From contig OX597833.1 in assembly GCA_951406725.2 (NCBI GenBank), positions 38,812,001 to 38,876,000 on the forward strand: 64,000 bases of DNA, written 5' to 3'. The notes below the pieces were generated by a model. That model was not told the DNA's origin, did not search any database, and saw only the letters and a list, made by a program, of their open reading frames with translations. The DNA comes from Octopus vulgaris. Lineage: Eukaryota. Of this stretch, positions 39,488-53,999 are shown piece by piece. How positions within the stretch are numbered: the first letter of the stretch is position 1; every line of letters starts with the position of its first letter. A program made the position numbers and the translations under genes.

Positions 39488-40402
39488 CATCATCATCATC
39501 ATCATCAACAACAACAACAACAGCAGCCTTACTGATAATAATAATAATCCTTTCTGCTATAAGCATAAGGTCTGAAATTTGGGGGAGGGGGATAGTTGTT
39601 TGCATTGACCCCAGTACTTAACTGGTACTTATTTCATTGATCCCCAAAAGGATGAGAGGCAAAGTTGACCTCGGAGGAATTTGAACCCAGAATGTAGTGG
39701 TAGATGAAATATGGCTGAGCATTTTGCCTGGCGTGCTAATAATTCAGTCAGCTCACCACAATAATAATAATAATAATAAAAGATCAACTTAACAAGAAAC
39801 AAACAAATAATATAAAAAGGAATTATTTAAAGGTTTCCTTCTCCTGTAATTTCTTATTTAAACAGTTCAATATTTAAAAAAGTTATATTCTTCAAAACTC
39901 ACTAAGAATTCAAATTGTATTGACTTTTATTTAAAGTTTATTTCCAATTTTTTTCTTTTTTTCTCTTTTTCTTTTACAGAGAAAGAAATGTTGAAGAAAG
40001 AGTGGGTGACGATGGATATGGTGGTATAAATAAACTTACAAAAACTGAACTCAAATCAAGATCAAAGAGATATGTTTTTTTCTTTTTTTTTATTTTGTTT
40101 AAAAGTTGGGTGTTGAAAATAACGATGATGATGATAATGAGATAAAGTAACTTTAGAAATTAACAAAAGTTGGCAAGATATGAAGTGAAAGAAAGTCGTT
40201 AAGTTAAGAAACATATTTAAGGCTTGTGTTCCTTAAAGAAGGAATAGAAATAATGGTATATGGCAGGAGAGATAATGAGAATATTCTCAGAGGTTACTAA
40301 GCTCAGCACAACTTTGACATGTGAAAAGATGTGGGGAGGAGAGGATTAATTACTAAGATGGGATCAGTTGTAGCATTGCTGTAGTAAAAGGATTATCAAA
40401 CC

Positions 40403-40685
40403 CAGTGGTTCTCAACGGGGATCCATATGCCCCTGAGGGTCCATATAAGATTTTAGGGTTCCACACTAGCAAAATAGTAAAATAGGGGATCCACAATTGG
40501 GAGTCCATGAAAAGAGTTGATTTACATGTATTTATTGTAAGAAGCAGCTGAGTTTCTTTCTCAAGCATTTTACTGTATGAAAAACAAAAATAAGAATTTT
40601 GAAAGAAGTATTTATGAAATTAGTTTTTAAGCAGTGAATGGCTAAGATGGGGGGGGGGCACCAGAGTAAAATAGGAATCAATGGG
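40403..40685 (+). mobile_element. hAT/Charlie-type MITE, right end lost at the adjacent LINE
   Basis: Left TIR CAGTGGTTCTCAAC. The interior resembles the copy at 50083. Confidence 0.7.
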
Positions 40686-41165
40686 GCTGTATTGGAGTGA
40701 GACATGGTGTCTGAGGGAGAGAGAGATGGCAACTTTGAGAAGGACCGAGAGAGCAATGGTGAGAGAAATGTGTGGAGTGAAGCTGTTTGATAAGAGCAGG
40801 ACTGAGGACTTGATGGGGATGCTGGGGTTAGAGGAATCAGTGGAATGCTGGCAAGGGTGAATGGAGTGCAGTGGTATGGGCATGTGTTGAGGAGGGATGA
40901 GGAGCATGTTCTGAGGAGGGTGCTTGAATTTGAGGTAAATGGACCGAGAAAGTGAGGTAGACCAAGGGAAATGCGGAAGGGACAGGTGGAGGAGAGGGAA
41001 GGTTGGCTTGAGGAGATTGGTGGAGGAGATTGGGAAGGTTGGCTTGAGAAGGGAGGACACCCAAAACAGGGCAAGATGGTGTGAGGGCAGTTGTTATGGC
41101 ATTGAGGTAGATCTGGCCACCCCTGTTAATGGAGACAAAACTTGGATTTAAAACACTGGATGACA
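40686..41165 (+). mobile_element. RTE LINE 3' end
   Basis: YWSETWCLREREMATLRRTERAMVREMCGV..QWYGHVLRRDEEHVLRRVLEFEVNG..GRPR. Confidence 0.88.
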
Positions 41166-43771
41166 TGTACACATATCCCTGTCTCTCACTTAGACATTGT
41201 AGTTATAATCACTTTTCACACCTGTTAGTTAGTCTCTCTCTCTCTCTCTCTCCTTTTTAAGCACTGTAAACATAGTCTCTCATTACTTTTGCTGGTCTCT
41301 CTATCTCTCATTTAGACACAATAAACAATCCATCCACACACATTGGTTTGTCAGTTTGTCTGTCTCTCTGTCTGACTCTCTCTCACTCTCTCTTCAAGAT
41401 ACAGTAAACATAACCTTTCCTCACACTTGTTAGTCTCTCTAGTCTTTCCTGAAGCTTATTAGGTCTCTCCTTTCTTATAAAACAACTAACATAGTCTCCC
41501 CTAACACTTGTTAAGCTCTCTCTCTATGATATTATAAATGGGGAGAGAGAGAGAACAAAATGTCTGATTGATTTATTTTTTTCTTATTGGCTGCAATATT
41601 TGTCAGTTAAATGGAGAAGAGTAGCAGAAAAAGGTGTGTACAGTTCTTGGTAGTCAGGAAGTGTGCAGAGTCTAAAGTGGAATGTGATTGACTTTTTATT
41701 AGAAGAGGAAGGCACTGAGATGGCAGCAGCAGATAAAATTAAACAAAGACATTGTCCAAGACAAACAAAACTGGCTAAGTGTTTTTTCATCAACATCACT
41801 ATCACACTTTTTGAAACACACACACACACATACATACAGTTGCCGCCTAAGCATTGCACACACACACACACACATGCATACACACACACACTGGTGGTCA
41901 CATTTCTCATTGTATAAAAATTCCAAAGAAATCGGTGCTAAAGTAGAAACTGGATTGCCTGCTAAGTTAGACAGATGTGCATGTGTGTGTGTGTATACAT
42001 ACACATTTCTGCTGACATTGATTAACTACCAAGGTATCTAAGTTTCATGAACCACTTCAAAGAGTACAGAAGCAAATACTGGAGATAGCATATGTGTGTG
42101 TGTCTGTGTGTGTGTGTAAAGGACTAAGCAAGAGTGCCTGGGAATAAATGCCTTTATGTGCATGAATGAGAGGAGGAGGCAAAGAGTGTAATAAATATCA
42201 ATATGAGTATGACTCTGTACATATATTTCAAAGATTTTCATGAAAATGTAAACTACAGCAAGAATCTTGCAATGTGTATGAGACAGAGAGAGAATAGTGC
42301 CTGATTATCACTGACAGCCTCTGTGTTTGTGTGTGCATGCATGCACACATGTATGTGTGCACATGTGAGTGTGTATGTGTATGCACACATGTGTGCATGC
42401 TAATTCTTCCACAACCCCGATGGCCCACATGTCTGTACCTCAATCCAGTTTCTGAAGCAAGAGGCCAATGGTAAATAAAGTTGCAGTCCAACATATTAGA
42501 AACTAATGAAACAATCTGGTATTTATTCTTCAAGAAGGTAAAGTGGTAAATGAAAACAACGAGAAGCAGGGGAGGGCGTGTTGTTGACTATCTCTTCCCA
42601 AGAAACACAATGAAATGTCTCTGCAGAGATAGGAACACTGGAAGCATTGACCGACTACAAATCACCCAATGTCTTGAATCCTTTTGTTACCATATTTCTA
42701 TTGAAACACACTGCTTTGTTTCAATTAATTTTTAAAATTAATCACAAATTTGGAAAAATAAAATTGTCGTTATAAAAGCTGAAATTTCAGAGATAAATTA
42801 ACATGGAATTCTGATGAAAGGATTTAATTTAACACTTTAGCATTCTGATTACTCTGTCAAATGAAACATTTATTTCTTCACCTTGTTTTAAATTAATCAT
42901 GGTGTATCTCACAGCTTCAAGATCTTAATGAAATGATTGCTTATTTTTAGAACGACATTGTAAGGTAGGTGTGAGAGCTCAGATATAGCTGGTTTGGACA
43001 TAAAACACAGAACATTTGGGCCAAGTATTATTGCCAGTTTAAATGGTAAAGCAGTTAAATCCCTTGATACATGACAGAACTAGAGGTGATCTCAGATAGG
43101 TTAATATCAAAGAGGTTAATCACTTAACCTACTGAAATCTCAGAGTTAAATGCAGAGAGGTAGAAATTTGTTGTCTGATTAATGATGTTGATGTTTAGCT
43201 CTTGGTTAACATGGATCAAACAAAACTCTGCAACCTGATAATAACACCAATTCCTTCAAAAATTTCTGAAATCTTGCAGAAGGTTCCTCATCATTCATAT
43301 CTGGCAAACAAAGGTGTGTGATCAAAAAGTTTGCTTCCCAATCACATGGTTTCGGGTTCTTCTACTATAGCCTTCAATTGACGAAGGCTTTGTGAATGGA
43401 CTTGAAAGGTGGAAACCAAAAGAAAATTGTATGTGTGTTTGTGAGTGTGTGTGCATGTATTTTTATGTCTCTGTGTCTTGAAATCATGTGACAGTAGTAA
43501 ATAAGTTCCACTGCCATAGAAATGGGGTCTGTTTCTCCAATCTTCCATGAAAACATGTTCTGTCATTGGTAAAATATTAGCAAGTTTGGAAACAGGTCAG
43601 GGTTGGTGACTGGAATGGCACCTGGCCAAAGGAAACCTCCTCCATGAATTTCATTTCACATATGCAAGCATGGAGAAATGGACATTATTATTATGACAAT
43701 GAAACATCACTGCAAACATTGATAAATCACATCATTAAAACATACAAAAGAATCAGCTCTCTCTCTCTCTC

Positions 43772-43816
<45 letters not shown>

Positions 43817-44349
43817 AAAACGTCCAACCCATGCCAGCATGGAAAACTGACGTTAATCGATGATGATGATGATATAGCACCAAAAAGACAAATGCAGAAG
43901 CACTAACTTGACAACTAAACACAGAAGACTATATGGATTGTACTGCCATATACGCACCTCTCCAGCCTCAAATCTAAGTTAATCAATTCCTTCCAAAGCA
44001 AACTGGGAATGGATAGCAAAGACATTCTGGTACTGAAGCCAAAACCATCTTGTAGATCCATCTAATTCAACAGTTAGACTTATCTTTCCATCTCAAATGT
44101 CATCGCCTGAAAGCTCTGGGGTTTGGAAAACAATAATAATTTTTTTCTAGCATAGTGGCAGAAATTTACAGGATGAGGATTGATTGATTCAACTGTCTCC
44201 AATACTTGACTCCAGAAAGATGATAAGTAAAAGAGACTTTGGGCAACATTTGAATTCAGAACATGTGGTCACCATAATGAATGCTAGGAAGAGATGGCCT
44301 ATCTCTTGAGATTCTCTATCTTTGATATCTTCAGAGAGGGCACCCCAAC

Positions 44350-44810
44350 CAAAGCACTGCTATTGTACAAATACATCTTGCCATACTTTACGGAATGTTC
44401 TGTTTGATGTGTGAAGGATGGCAAGAGTAAAAGTTCATATACTGGTGATTGTCTGTTTTTTTGTCAAATATATCCGTCGTTATTGTGGAATTGCATATTT
44501 TTATGTGAATGTCTAAGAATGAATAAGTCATTATGACTGGTTTCTGTTGTGAACTTGATAGATAAGTGACGGGTTTGCAAAATGTTATTGAATATTTGTA
44601 GATCATCATTTAATGTATCTCAAAAATAAAGCAACCACTGGGTAAGCATATCCACTTTTCAATGACATGCTTCACCAGGTTAGCATTTGAGGGTGCAAAT
44701 TTTGCCCATATAGCTGTGCCCTTTATTTGTTGTTGATGTCTTATACAATCAAAGATAAAGGAGTTCTTCCCTAGTACCAAATGTGTAACCTTGGTAATGA
44801 AATCCATTTT
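44350..44810 (-). mobile_element. Penelope-like element RT remnant
   Basis: LVLGKNSFIFD..QQIKGTAIWAKFAPSNANL..SFLDIHI..TTDIFDKKTDNHQYMNFYSCHPSHIKQNIP resembles PLE motifs (GTAMG..FAP.YANL; FLD; KPTD..YL...S.HP). Confidence 0.85.
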
Positions 44811-44904
44811 GAAATGCTTGTTTCTCTGCTCTTTATGATTTTCTACCCATATATATATATATATGTATATATATAATGCATTTCTGTGCTTTTTAACATT
44901 ATAC

Positions 44905-45312
44905 TCTTTACTCTTTTACTTGTTTCAGTCATTTGACTGCGGCCATGCTGGGGCACCGCCTTTAGTCAAGCAAATCGACCCCGGGACTTATTCTTTGTAA
45001 GCCCAGTACTTATTCTATCGGTCTCTTTTGCCAAACCGCTAAGTGACGGGGACGTAAACACACCAGCATCGGTTGTCAAGCAATGCTAGGGGGACAAACA
45101 CAGACACACAAACATATACACACACACTTATATATATATACATATATACGACAGGCTTCTTTCAGTTTCCGTCTACCAAATCCACTCACAAGGCATTGGT
45201 CGGCCCGGGGCTATAGCAGAAGACACTTGCCCAAGATGCCACGCAGTGGGACTGAACCCGGAACCATGTGGTTGGTTAGCAAGCTACTTACCACACAGCC
45301 ACTCCTGCGCCT
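44905..45312 (-). mobile_element. SINE family A, full length, young
   Basis: Complete reverse copy. An inverted partner lies at about 45505-45898 (+), followed by SINE B at about 45901-46130. Confidence 0.9.
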
Positions 45313-45446
45313 ACATGAGATACTTTTGGGGGGAAAATACTGCAGTTTCAAAGTTTTCAACAGTATATCTGCACTAAGGACGATATACAGAATTGGTCTA
45401 ATACTGTTTCCATCGCTTTAACAAATGTATATATACATATACACAC

Positions 45447-45480
<34 letters not shown>

Positions 45481-46932
45481 GTGCAGGCATATATATATAT
45501 AAAAAGGTGGCTGTGTGGTAAGAAGCTTGCTTCCCAACCATAGTGTTTCTGGTTCAGACTCACTGTACGGCACCTTGAGTAAATGTTTTCTACTATAGCC
45601 TTGAGCCAACCAAAGCCTTGTAAATGGATTTGGTAGACAGAAACTGAAAGAAGCCCATCGTATATATACATATATGTATGTACCTATGTGTGTGTGTCCC
45701 CCAACCCATCACTACTTAACAACTAGTGTTGGTATGTTTACATCCTTATAACTTAGTGGTTCAGGAAAAGAGACCAATGGAATAAGTACTAGTCTATGAA
45801 AAATAAGCCCTGGGGTTGATTTGTTTGACTAAAACCCTTTAAGGCGGTGCCCTAGCATGGCCGGTCATATGACTGAAACAGGTAAAAGGATAAAAGAATA
45901 TGGCGGTGAGCTGGCAGAAACGTTAGCATGCCAAGTGAAATGCTTAGCGGTGTTTTGTCTGTCATTATGTTCCGAGTTCAAATTCCGCCGAGATCGACTT
46001 TGCTTTTCGTCCTTTCGGGGTCGATAAATTAAGTACCAGTTACACACTGGGGTTGATGTAATCGACTTAATCTCTTTGTCCTTGTTTGTCCCCTCTGTGT
46101 TTAGCCCCTTGTGGGCAATAAAGAGATAAGAATATGTGTGTATATGCACGAGTGTAAGTGTGTGTGTGTGTGTGTATGCCTTTTGTGCTGTGTGATATTT
46201 TCCTTATCAATTGATGACTGGAGAACACAATAATTTGGGCATCTTCCAGCATTGTGGTTCCTGTTAACAATGCTGAACTTCACTGCAGCCACCAAGAAAT
46301 GTCCAGATTCTTTTGGTCCATATTGTAGTATGCTTTTTACCTCCTGTCATCCATGCAGCACATGTGTGTGTGTGTGTGTCAGCCATGCAGTGTGTGTATG
46401 TGTATGAAAACTCACAAACATCTACACTGTTTATGCTCTGGTTTAAATATTTCATGGCTTTTGCAGTGACAACATTATTTTCCACTTGTATAGATCCAGC
46501 TGTCAAACAGTTACAGCTAACAGCTATCTAACAAACAATAAACTTCAAATTGACTATTCAAATTGATTATTAAACTTCCCTCAGGCTTACTTAGATTGAA
46601 AACACTGGCCTGAAAGTGGCAGGTGGACTGTGATGGTGGGGATGGCGGAGATGGTTGTGTTCTACATTGCATCGTATTCAAGTTTATTGCTGGTCGTGCT
46701 TGTTGCTATGTATGTATATATATACAGATATGTGCATATGTGTGTGTGTGTGTGTGTATTTGTCTGTGTGGAATATACACACAAGCATATGTTTGCATAC
46801 ATACACATATACCCATACTCAAGTGTTTGGGTAGGCATATACATAAATGTTTGCTTGCATTTATCAGTATATGTATGCGTGTGTATGTGTATGTATGAGA
46901 ATACATACGCACGCACACACACAAACATATAC

Positions 46933-46993
<61 letters not shown>

Positions 46994-48302
46994 GAGAGAG
47001 AGAGAAAGTGAGTACATAGACAGATAATGTATATACATACACAAATGTATAACATATATATATATATATATATATACATACACACACACACACACTTACA
47101 TGGACCTATGTGTGTATGCAAGCATATGTATATATCTGTCTGGTTGTATTAGTTAATTAAACTGTAATATATGTATAAAATAGCTTTAGTATTGTTGTAC
47201 GTTCCATTATTGAATCTAGTTATTTATTGTGCCTACAATGGATAGTTTAGACTTGTTTGGAAATATTTATGCTATGGAGAGTTAAGTGGATTGTGTCTAG
47301 GACAAGCCACAAGATGTAATGTGTTAAAAATACTGGAAAGCTGAAATTTATAGTGGCAGAAGTAAAGGGGAAAGATGGTGAGTGTGTTATATAGGATTAT
47401 GTAAATGCAGAGATAAAAGCAAACCAAACTGCTAAATGTATAAGTTTTTGCATATATTTAACTATGAATATGTATGCAAGTGTGTGTGTATATATATACA
47501 TATATAAATAAATGAATGTCTCTCTCTCTCTACACACACACATATATATACATATATATACACATATATACACACACATACATATATATATATATGAATC
47601 AGATTCCTTAACCACACACTCATTTCTGTACTAATATACACACATACACACACAGAGTCATGCTTAGATATCTGTGAGTAAGTGTGTGTATGTATGTATC
47701 TATATATGTGATACAACATACAGAAAACAGCTATAGCATTCAATGCTTTATAGAACATATACACATGTCTTCAAAATGTAATAATTTACATAACAGTTGG
47801 AATCTAGCAGCACACCTCAGTAGTGCTGTGCTTCACAGTCCCTTTATTTGATAAATATATATCATCACCATCACCATCATCACTGAACATCAATTTTCTA
47901 TGCTGGCATAGAGCTCGCAAACTGGAGATCTGCACCAGCTTCCACTCTGGTTTCACTTAGTTTCTATAGCTTGATGCCCTTCCTAATACCAAACACCTTA
48001 CAGACAGTGCTGGGTGCTTTTTCTGTGGACCAGTACAAGCACACATGCAAGGCAAAACCACCTTCAGCTGGGGTGGGGGTGGGGGACATCAACAATTCTG
48101 CTTTAGTGGATGGGTCTTCTTGAGTACAGTAAGGTGCCAGATATCCCAGTCCTTTGTCATCTTCATAAATTTAGATGTCCTGAGATCATCCTTCAATACT
48201 TTGCCTCATGTCTTCCTGGGCCTTCCTCTTCCACTAGTTCCAGCCACTATATAGACACACAACCATACATATATGTGCATACACACACACATATATATAC
48301 AA

Positions 48303-48530
48303 GGCGGCGAGCTGGCAGAAACGGTAGCACGCCGGGCGAAATGCGTAGCCGTATTTCGTCTGCCGTTACGTTCTGAGTTCAAATTCCGCCAAGGTCGACT
48401 TTGCCTTTGATCCTTTCGGGGTCGATAAATTAAGTACCAGTTACGCACTGGGGTCGATGTAATCGACTTAATCCGTTTGTCTGTCCTTGTTTGTCCCCTC
48501 TGTGTTTAGCCCCTTGTGGGTAGTAAAGAA
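48303..48530 (+). mobile_element. SINE family B, young monomer with TSD
   Basis: CpG-rich copy flanked on both sides by ATATATATACAAG. Confidence 0.9.
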
Positions 48531-49399
48531 ATATATATATACAAGATAAAGCAGAATGACGACCCTGTAATGACTACTGGAAACAGCTGTAAGTCAAATT
48601 TACAACAATAAATATGTAATGACAATTATTTATGCCTTGTCTTGTACATCACTGTGTAAAGACTAAGAAAAGTGGAACACAACAATGGATTTACAATATA
48701 AAATGGTGACGAACAATAACTTCAAACCCTGCCACAAGAATATGGTGGAATTCATTACTAATCTAAACAATATTACAGAAATGTACTTGCATAGCGAGTG
48801 ACTTGATCTGAGATTGTGTGCTGGAACGAAAACAATTGCAGCGTGGAAGGTGTTTATAAGCCATTTAAGAAACACAGAAAACTGTTAGATTCACTTCAAC
48901 ATTTAAATTTAATTTGCCAAAATATTTTCGTCACTTTGAGACCACGACCTGTTCACTGACAAAGCTTCATGCTAAACAATATTGTTAGCTTGGTATACTA
49001 AAAGAGAGCTTATACAGTATTTTGCCCAGATTGATAATCCTTTACTAACAAACATACATACATGAATATATAAATATACATGTGCTCATGCATATATGAG
49101 TATATCATCATCATTATCATTACATTATCATTTAATGCCCATTTTCCATGCTGGCATGGGTTGGATGCTTCAACAGGACCTGGCTAACCAGAGAGCTACA
49201 CCAAGCTCCATTTGTCTGTTTTGGCATTGTTTCTATGGCTGGATGCTCTTCCTGATGCCTAACACTTTACAGAGTATACTGGGTACTTTTCATGTTACAT
49301 AAGCAAAGGTCTTTATGCACATACATACAAATACATACATATATATGTATATATACACACACACAAATAATACATATACAGTTTTATATATTTACATAT

Positions 49400-49432
<33 letters not shown>

Positions 49433-49529
49433 CATGTCTACACACACACACATGCATGCATATGTACATATACATATATTGTACAACAATAATTATAGAC
49501 ATTTTTATAAAAAATGCACAAGCACATGT

Positions 49530-49564
<35 letters not shown>

Positions 49565-49566
49565 CA

Positions 49567-49623
49567 TATCCATATTTTGCAGAATAATTTGCCAGTAACA
49601 AATTTTTCTGCAAAATATGGATA
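49567..49623. repeat. 57-nt hairpin with a 25-bp stem and one mismatch
   Basis: TATCCATATTTTGCAGAATAATTTG-CCAGTAA-CAAATTTTTCTGCAAAATATGGATA. Confidence 0.9.
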
Positions 49624-50082
49624 GCTTATCCTGTTCATGCTATTCTGTTACCATTATTCTGTGTTTGAGAATATATTATTTCCTTATCGGTATCTTTCAA
49701 TACATCTCAATGCTTCTAAAGCAAACTTTGTTTACTTTCATTGTAATCCCCTCTATCTCCCACTCACCCTTTGCACCTTTTTGAACCTACCTGCACACAG
49801 TGCCAAACCCCTTCTCTACAATATGCCCTCTTAACACCCTCTCCTTCTTCTTGTGTCCACTCACCACATTCCCTCCCTTCCCTTCCAGGTCCTACTCTAC
49901 TTTTGCAATCACACATCCAATCCTTAGTTCCATTTACATACACTGCTCTATAATTTGAGTGTGACCCCCCACCTCCCACCAACTGTTACATCTTTGCCAT
50001 CTTCTCTCTTTCCAACTGGGGTTGCCATGTATTACCTCTGTTGCAAAACACCTATTTCTGTCCCTTTATTTATACTCTAACC

Positions 50083-50373
50083 CAGTGGTTCTCATGTGGG
50101 TTTGCACTAGCAAACTAGTAAATTGGGGATCAACAGTAGTATATTAAGGGTCGATGATAATTTTTGCATTTAAATGTAAATATTGCAACAAACAGCAAGG
50201 CTTCTTTCTCCAAAGTTTTACCTGCACATGTTAATGCATGAATAACAAGACAGGAATTTTGAGAAGTATGTTAAAACTAGTTTTTAAAAAGCAAATGGTT
50301 ATGGGGACCCACCAGAGAAAAACACTAATCAAAGGGGTCCATAGGTAAAAAAAAAAATGGTTGAGAACCACTA
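50083..50373 (+). mobile_element. hAT/Charlie-type MITE
   Basis: TIRs CAGTGGTTCTCA ... TGAGAACCACTA. Confidence 0.8.
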
Positions 50374-50699
50374 CATTAATCTCTTATCACATGGCACAAA
50401 GCCACCTCCCTGATACTATTCCCCACCCCCTCATTTGAAGGGTCATGCTTAGCAAGTTACTTGGCAACCTCACTGCTGTTGCTACCATGTAAAAAGCACC
50501 TGGTATACTCTGTAAAGTGATTTGCACAAAGAAGGGTTTCCACCTGTCAACCCAAAGCAGACAGTAGAGCTTGGTACAGTCTTCTGGCTAACCAAGCCTT
50601 GTCAAATGAACCAATCGTTCACCGGTATAGAAGGATGATGATAATGATATATACATATACATGTGCGTATGTACATACATATATATGGCATAAGTGCAC

Positions 50700-51720
50700 G
50701 CATAGCTGTATGGTAAGAAGCTTGCTTCCCAACTACATAATTGCAGATTCAGTCCACTGTATAGCATCTTGGGCAAGTGTCTACTACTATAGCCTTTGGA
50801 TCAACCAAAGCCTTGTGAGAGGATCTGGTAAACGGAAATTGAAAGAAGGCCTGTCATATATATATATGTGTGTGTGTATGTGTGTGTTAGTGTCTGTGTT
50901 TGTCCCCCACTATCACTCAAACAACCAACTAAAGTTGATGTGTTTATATTTCTGTAACATAGCAGTTTGGCAAAAGAGATCGATAGAATAAATACCACTC
51001 TTATAAAAGTAATAGGGTTGATTCATCTGATTACAAGTTCTTCAAGGTGGTGCTAAAGGCACAAGGCTGGAAATTTGGGGAAGGGGTAAGTTGATTGCAT
51101 TGACCCCCAAAAGGATGACAGGCAAAGCTGACCTTGGCAGAATTTGAACTCAGAAAGTAAAAACACATGAAATACTGCTATTCATTTTGCTTCGTAGGCA
51201 AACAATTCTGCCAGCTTGCCACATCATCATCATCATTTAACGTCCGTTCTCCATGCTAGCATGGGTTGGATGGTTCGACCGGGGATCTGGGAAGCTAGAA
51301 GGCTGCACCAGGCTCCAGTATTCCTTTCTACTATAGGCAGAAGGGCTGAAATTTCTGAGGGAAGGCACCAGTCAATTAAATTGTCCCCAGTACAGAACTG
51401 GTACTTAATTTATCGACACCGAAAGAATAAAAGGCAAAGTCGACCTCGGCAGAATTTGAACTCAGAATGTAAGGACAGACGAAATGCCTCTAAGCATTTT
51501 GTCCAGCATGCTAACGATTCTGCCACCTTAATAATAATAACGATAATTTAAAATTTTTGCCACAAGGGCAGCTTGGGGGAGGTGTGGATGAGTTGATTAC
51601 ATCGACCCTGAAAGGATGAAAGGTAAAGTTGACCTCAGTGGAATTTGAACTCAGAACATAGCGATGTGTGAAATACTGCTAAGCATTTTGCCCAGTGTAC
51701 TAAAGATTCTGCCAGCTCAA
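50700..51720. mobile_element. Cluster of SINE A (+), three SINE B-related copies (-) and a family C fragment
   Basis: Repeated AAAGGCAAAGTCGACCTCGGCAGAATTTGAACTCAGAA-like cores. Confidence 0.75.
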
Positions 51721-52014
51721 TAACAATAATGAAGATGAAAACAAATAATAAAGTTTCTCATAGTTTTAAATCTAAGTAAATTAGATGACTCAAACACACA
51801 TGTATAAATAATACAAAATTTCAATGTAATTGTGAAGTAATTGGAAATTGCCAGTTAAAAGGTTATTTTCAGCATAAAGAAGTTGTATATTAATGTATGG
51901 TTAGAACTCATAATATTTCTAAGTTTTATATTGCATCTACTGCAATTAATTTTTAAAATAGATTTTGCTCATATTGTCACACATTTTCTAATGAAAAACT
52001 TTTTTATATTCAGT

Positions 52015-52210
52015 TTCTCTAGCTAAATATATTTTTAACCTCATATTGAAACGTGTGATATATGATTTAGAATAGTCTAATGCTAAACTCTGCCAAACTG
52101 TATCAAGGAAATAGAAAGGATTGTCTTCAATGTAAAAGTGAAGTAATGGAGATTAAAAGAGCTGTTCCAAGTTTATGGATTGATTAAGAAACATGAGATT
52201 ATTATTAATG
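52015..52210 (+). mobile_element. Penelope-like GIY-YIG C-terminal remnant (copy 1)
   Basis: Diverged direct repeat of 54840-55055. Confidence 0.6.
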
Positions 52211-52387
52211 GTTTTGTGGTAAGAAGCTTGCTTCCCAAGCACATGATTGCAGGCTCAGTCCCACTGCATGACACCTTGGGCAAGTGTTATCTACTAAAGC
52301 CGCAGGCTGACCAAAACCTTGTGAATGGATGTGGTAGACAGAAACTGAAAGAAGCCTCTTGTGTGTGTGTGTGTGTGTGTGCATGTA

Positions 52388-52822
52388 TGGCCATGTGACA
52401 TGTATGGATGAGGACAGCTGAGTAAAAAGTGCCAATTTCTAACTGTGGAGGGAATCAGTAGAAGAGCTAAACCCAGGAAGACATGGGACATGATCTTCGA
52501 AGATTGGGCCTCATGGAGGCGATGCCAAATGACTAAGACCTTAGGCAATATGTCGTGCTTGAGAAGACTCATCAAGCCAAGCGAAATCATAGTCGTGACC
52601 GATGCTGGTGTCCTGTAACTGGCACCTGTGCTGGTGGCACATAAAAGCACCCATGGCAGTGACATGTAAAAAGCACCCATTACATTCTTGGAGTGGTTGG
52701 CATTAGGAAGGGCATCTAGCCATAGAAACCATGCCAAATCAGACTGGAACTCTGGTTTACCAGTTCCAGTCAAACCACCTAACCCATGCTAGCTTGGTAA
52801 GCAGATGCTAAATGATGATGAT
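52388..52822 (+). mobile_element. RTE LINE 3' end continuing into the family C tail
   Basis: YGHVTCMDEDS*VKKC..VEGISRRAKPRKTWD is followed by the family C sequence and (GAT)n. Confidence 0.75.
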
Positions 52823-52851
52823 ATATATATATATATATATATATATGTGTA

Positions 52852-53898
52852 CTAGATGTACCAGCCATGACCCATTGGGTCACAACCACTCAAAGTTGAA
52901 AACATTAATGTGCAGAAGGAAAGGAAAAAATACCATTTCTTAAATAATACAGTTCTCCTGCCTTTGGTGTGAGAACATAAACATGACCAAGTGTTTCTTC
53001 TTTAAAATGTTAAATGTTCAAATGGCCTCCAACTTGTTTTCCTTGCTTTTTTCTTTGCCATCCTTTGTTTCTTCTGTTCCAAGTGAAATACGTGAATACT
53101 TCAGCATAAAGGAATTATTTTGCAAAGTCCTCATAGGTACACAAAAGAATTCTGTCCATGTTGTTCTCACATGTCATTCATTGATAGCCATATATATCCT
53201 CCTAATTTCTGAGCATTATTCTTTGTTCATCTGGTAGATGAATTTGCAGTCTCACTATTGCAGGTGCTCTTTCATGAATTGAAAATCCTAAAATGGATGC
53301 AACTGCTTCAGATTGTCTAATATACCTACCCATTAGATATTGACTAATTTTGTTATCATTGTTTATTTGAACAGCATCTTGGTCATTTCCTTTCAATGTG
53401 TACTTGATGACGTTCTTGACCAACCTCACTGAGGCAACGATTTCAACGTTGCAGTTGCATTTGAATGTTCTTAAAAAGAGTTCATAAGGTACAATCCATT
53501 AGTTGTGTGTTTTTCCATTGCAGCTGATCTTCATCTGTAAAGAGATAGTCTCTCCACTTTTCCGCCTTTTGATTAAGATGATAAAGACTAATATTTTATT
53601 TTAAATAAAATAGTAATTTTTCCCCTTTAAGAAAAACATTTCAAATACCTATGATACAAAAATATCTCTTAAAAATAGAGGGAGAATGTCTATTTTTCCA
53701 GTCTATGGTACTTGTGAAGGAAAAAGAAAGTAAAGACAAAGGATGGACAGTGGTAGCTACTGATGATTCTCTGAAGTGTTGACATTTTCAACTTGAATTT
53801 TTTTTCTTAAAGGGGAAAATGACTATTTTATTTGTAATCTTTATCATCATGATCAAATGGCAGGAAAATAGGCAAACTTTGAGTTTTAGTATAATGTG

Positions 53899-53900
<2 letters not shown>
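52852..53900 (-). mobile_element. Helitron derivative carrying a RepHel fragment (~52935-53510)
   Basis: Peptides WIVPY..FKCNCNVEIVASVRLVKNVIKYTLKGND..QYLMGRYIRQSEAVASILGFSIHERAPAIVRLQIHLPDEQ..LYAEVFTYFTWN..WQRKK..LGHVYVLTPKAGELYYLR. The 3' end has hairpin TGACCCAATGGGTCA then CTAG|T. The 5' boundary is uncertain. Confidence 0.9.
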
Positions 53901-53963
<63 letters not shown>

Positions 53964-53999
53964 CAAATTGGTAGAAGGAAAATGTACACAAGATAGACA

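Noticed and set aside
40532-41172. Overlapping minus-strand ORFs
   Set aside because: They are antisense to an RTE LINE remnant.
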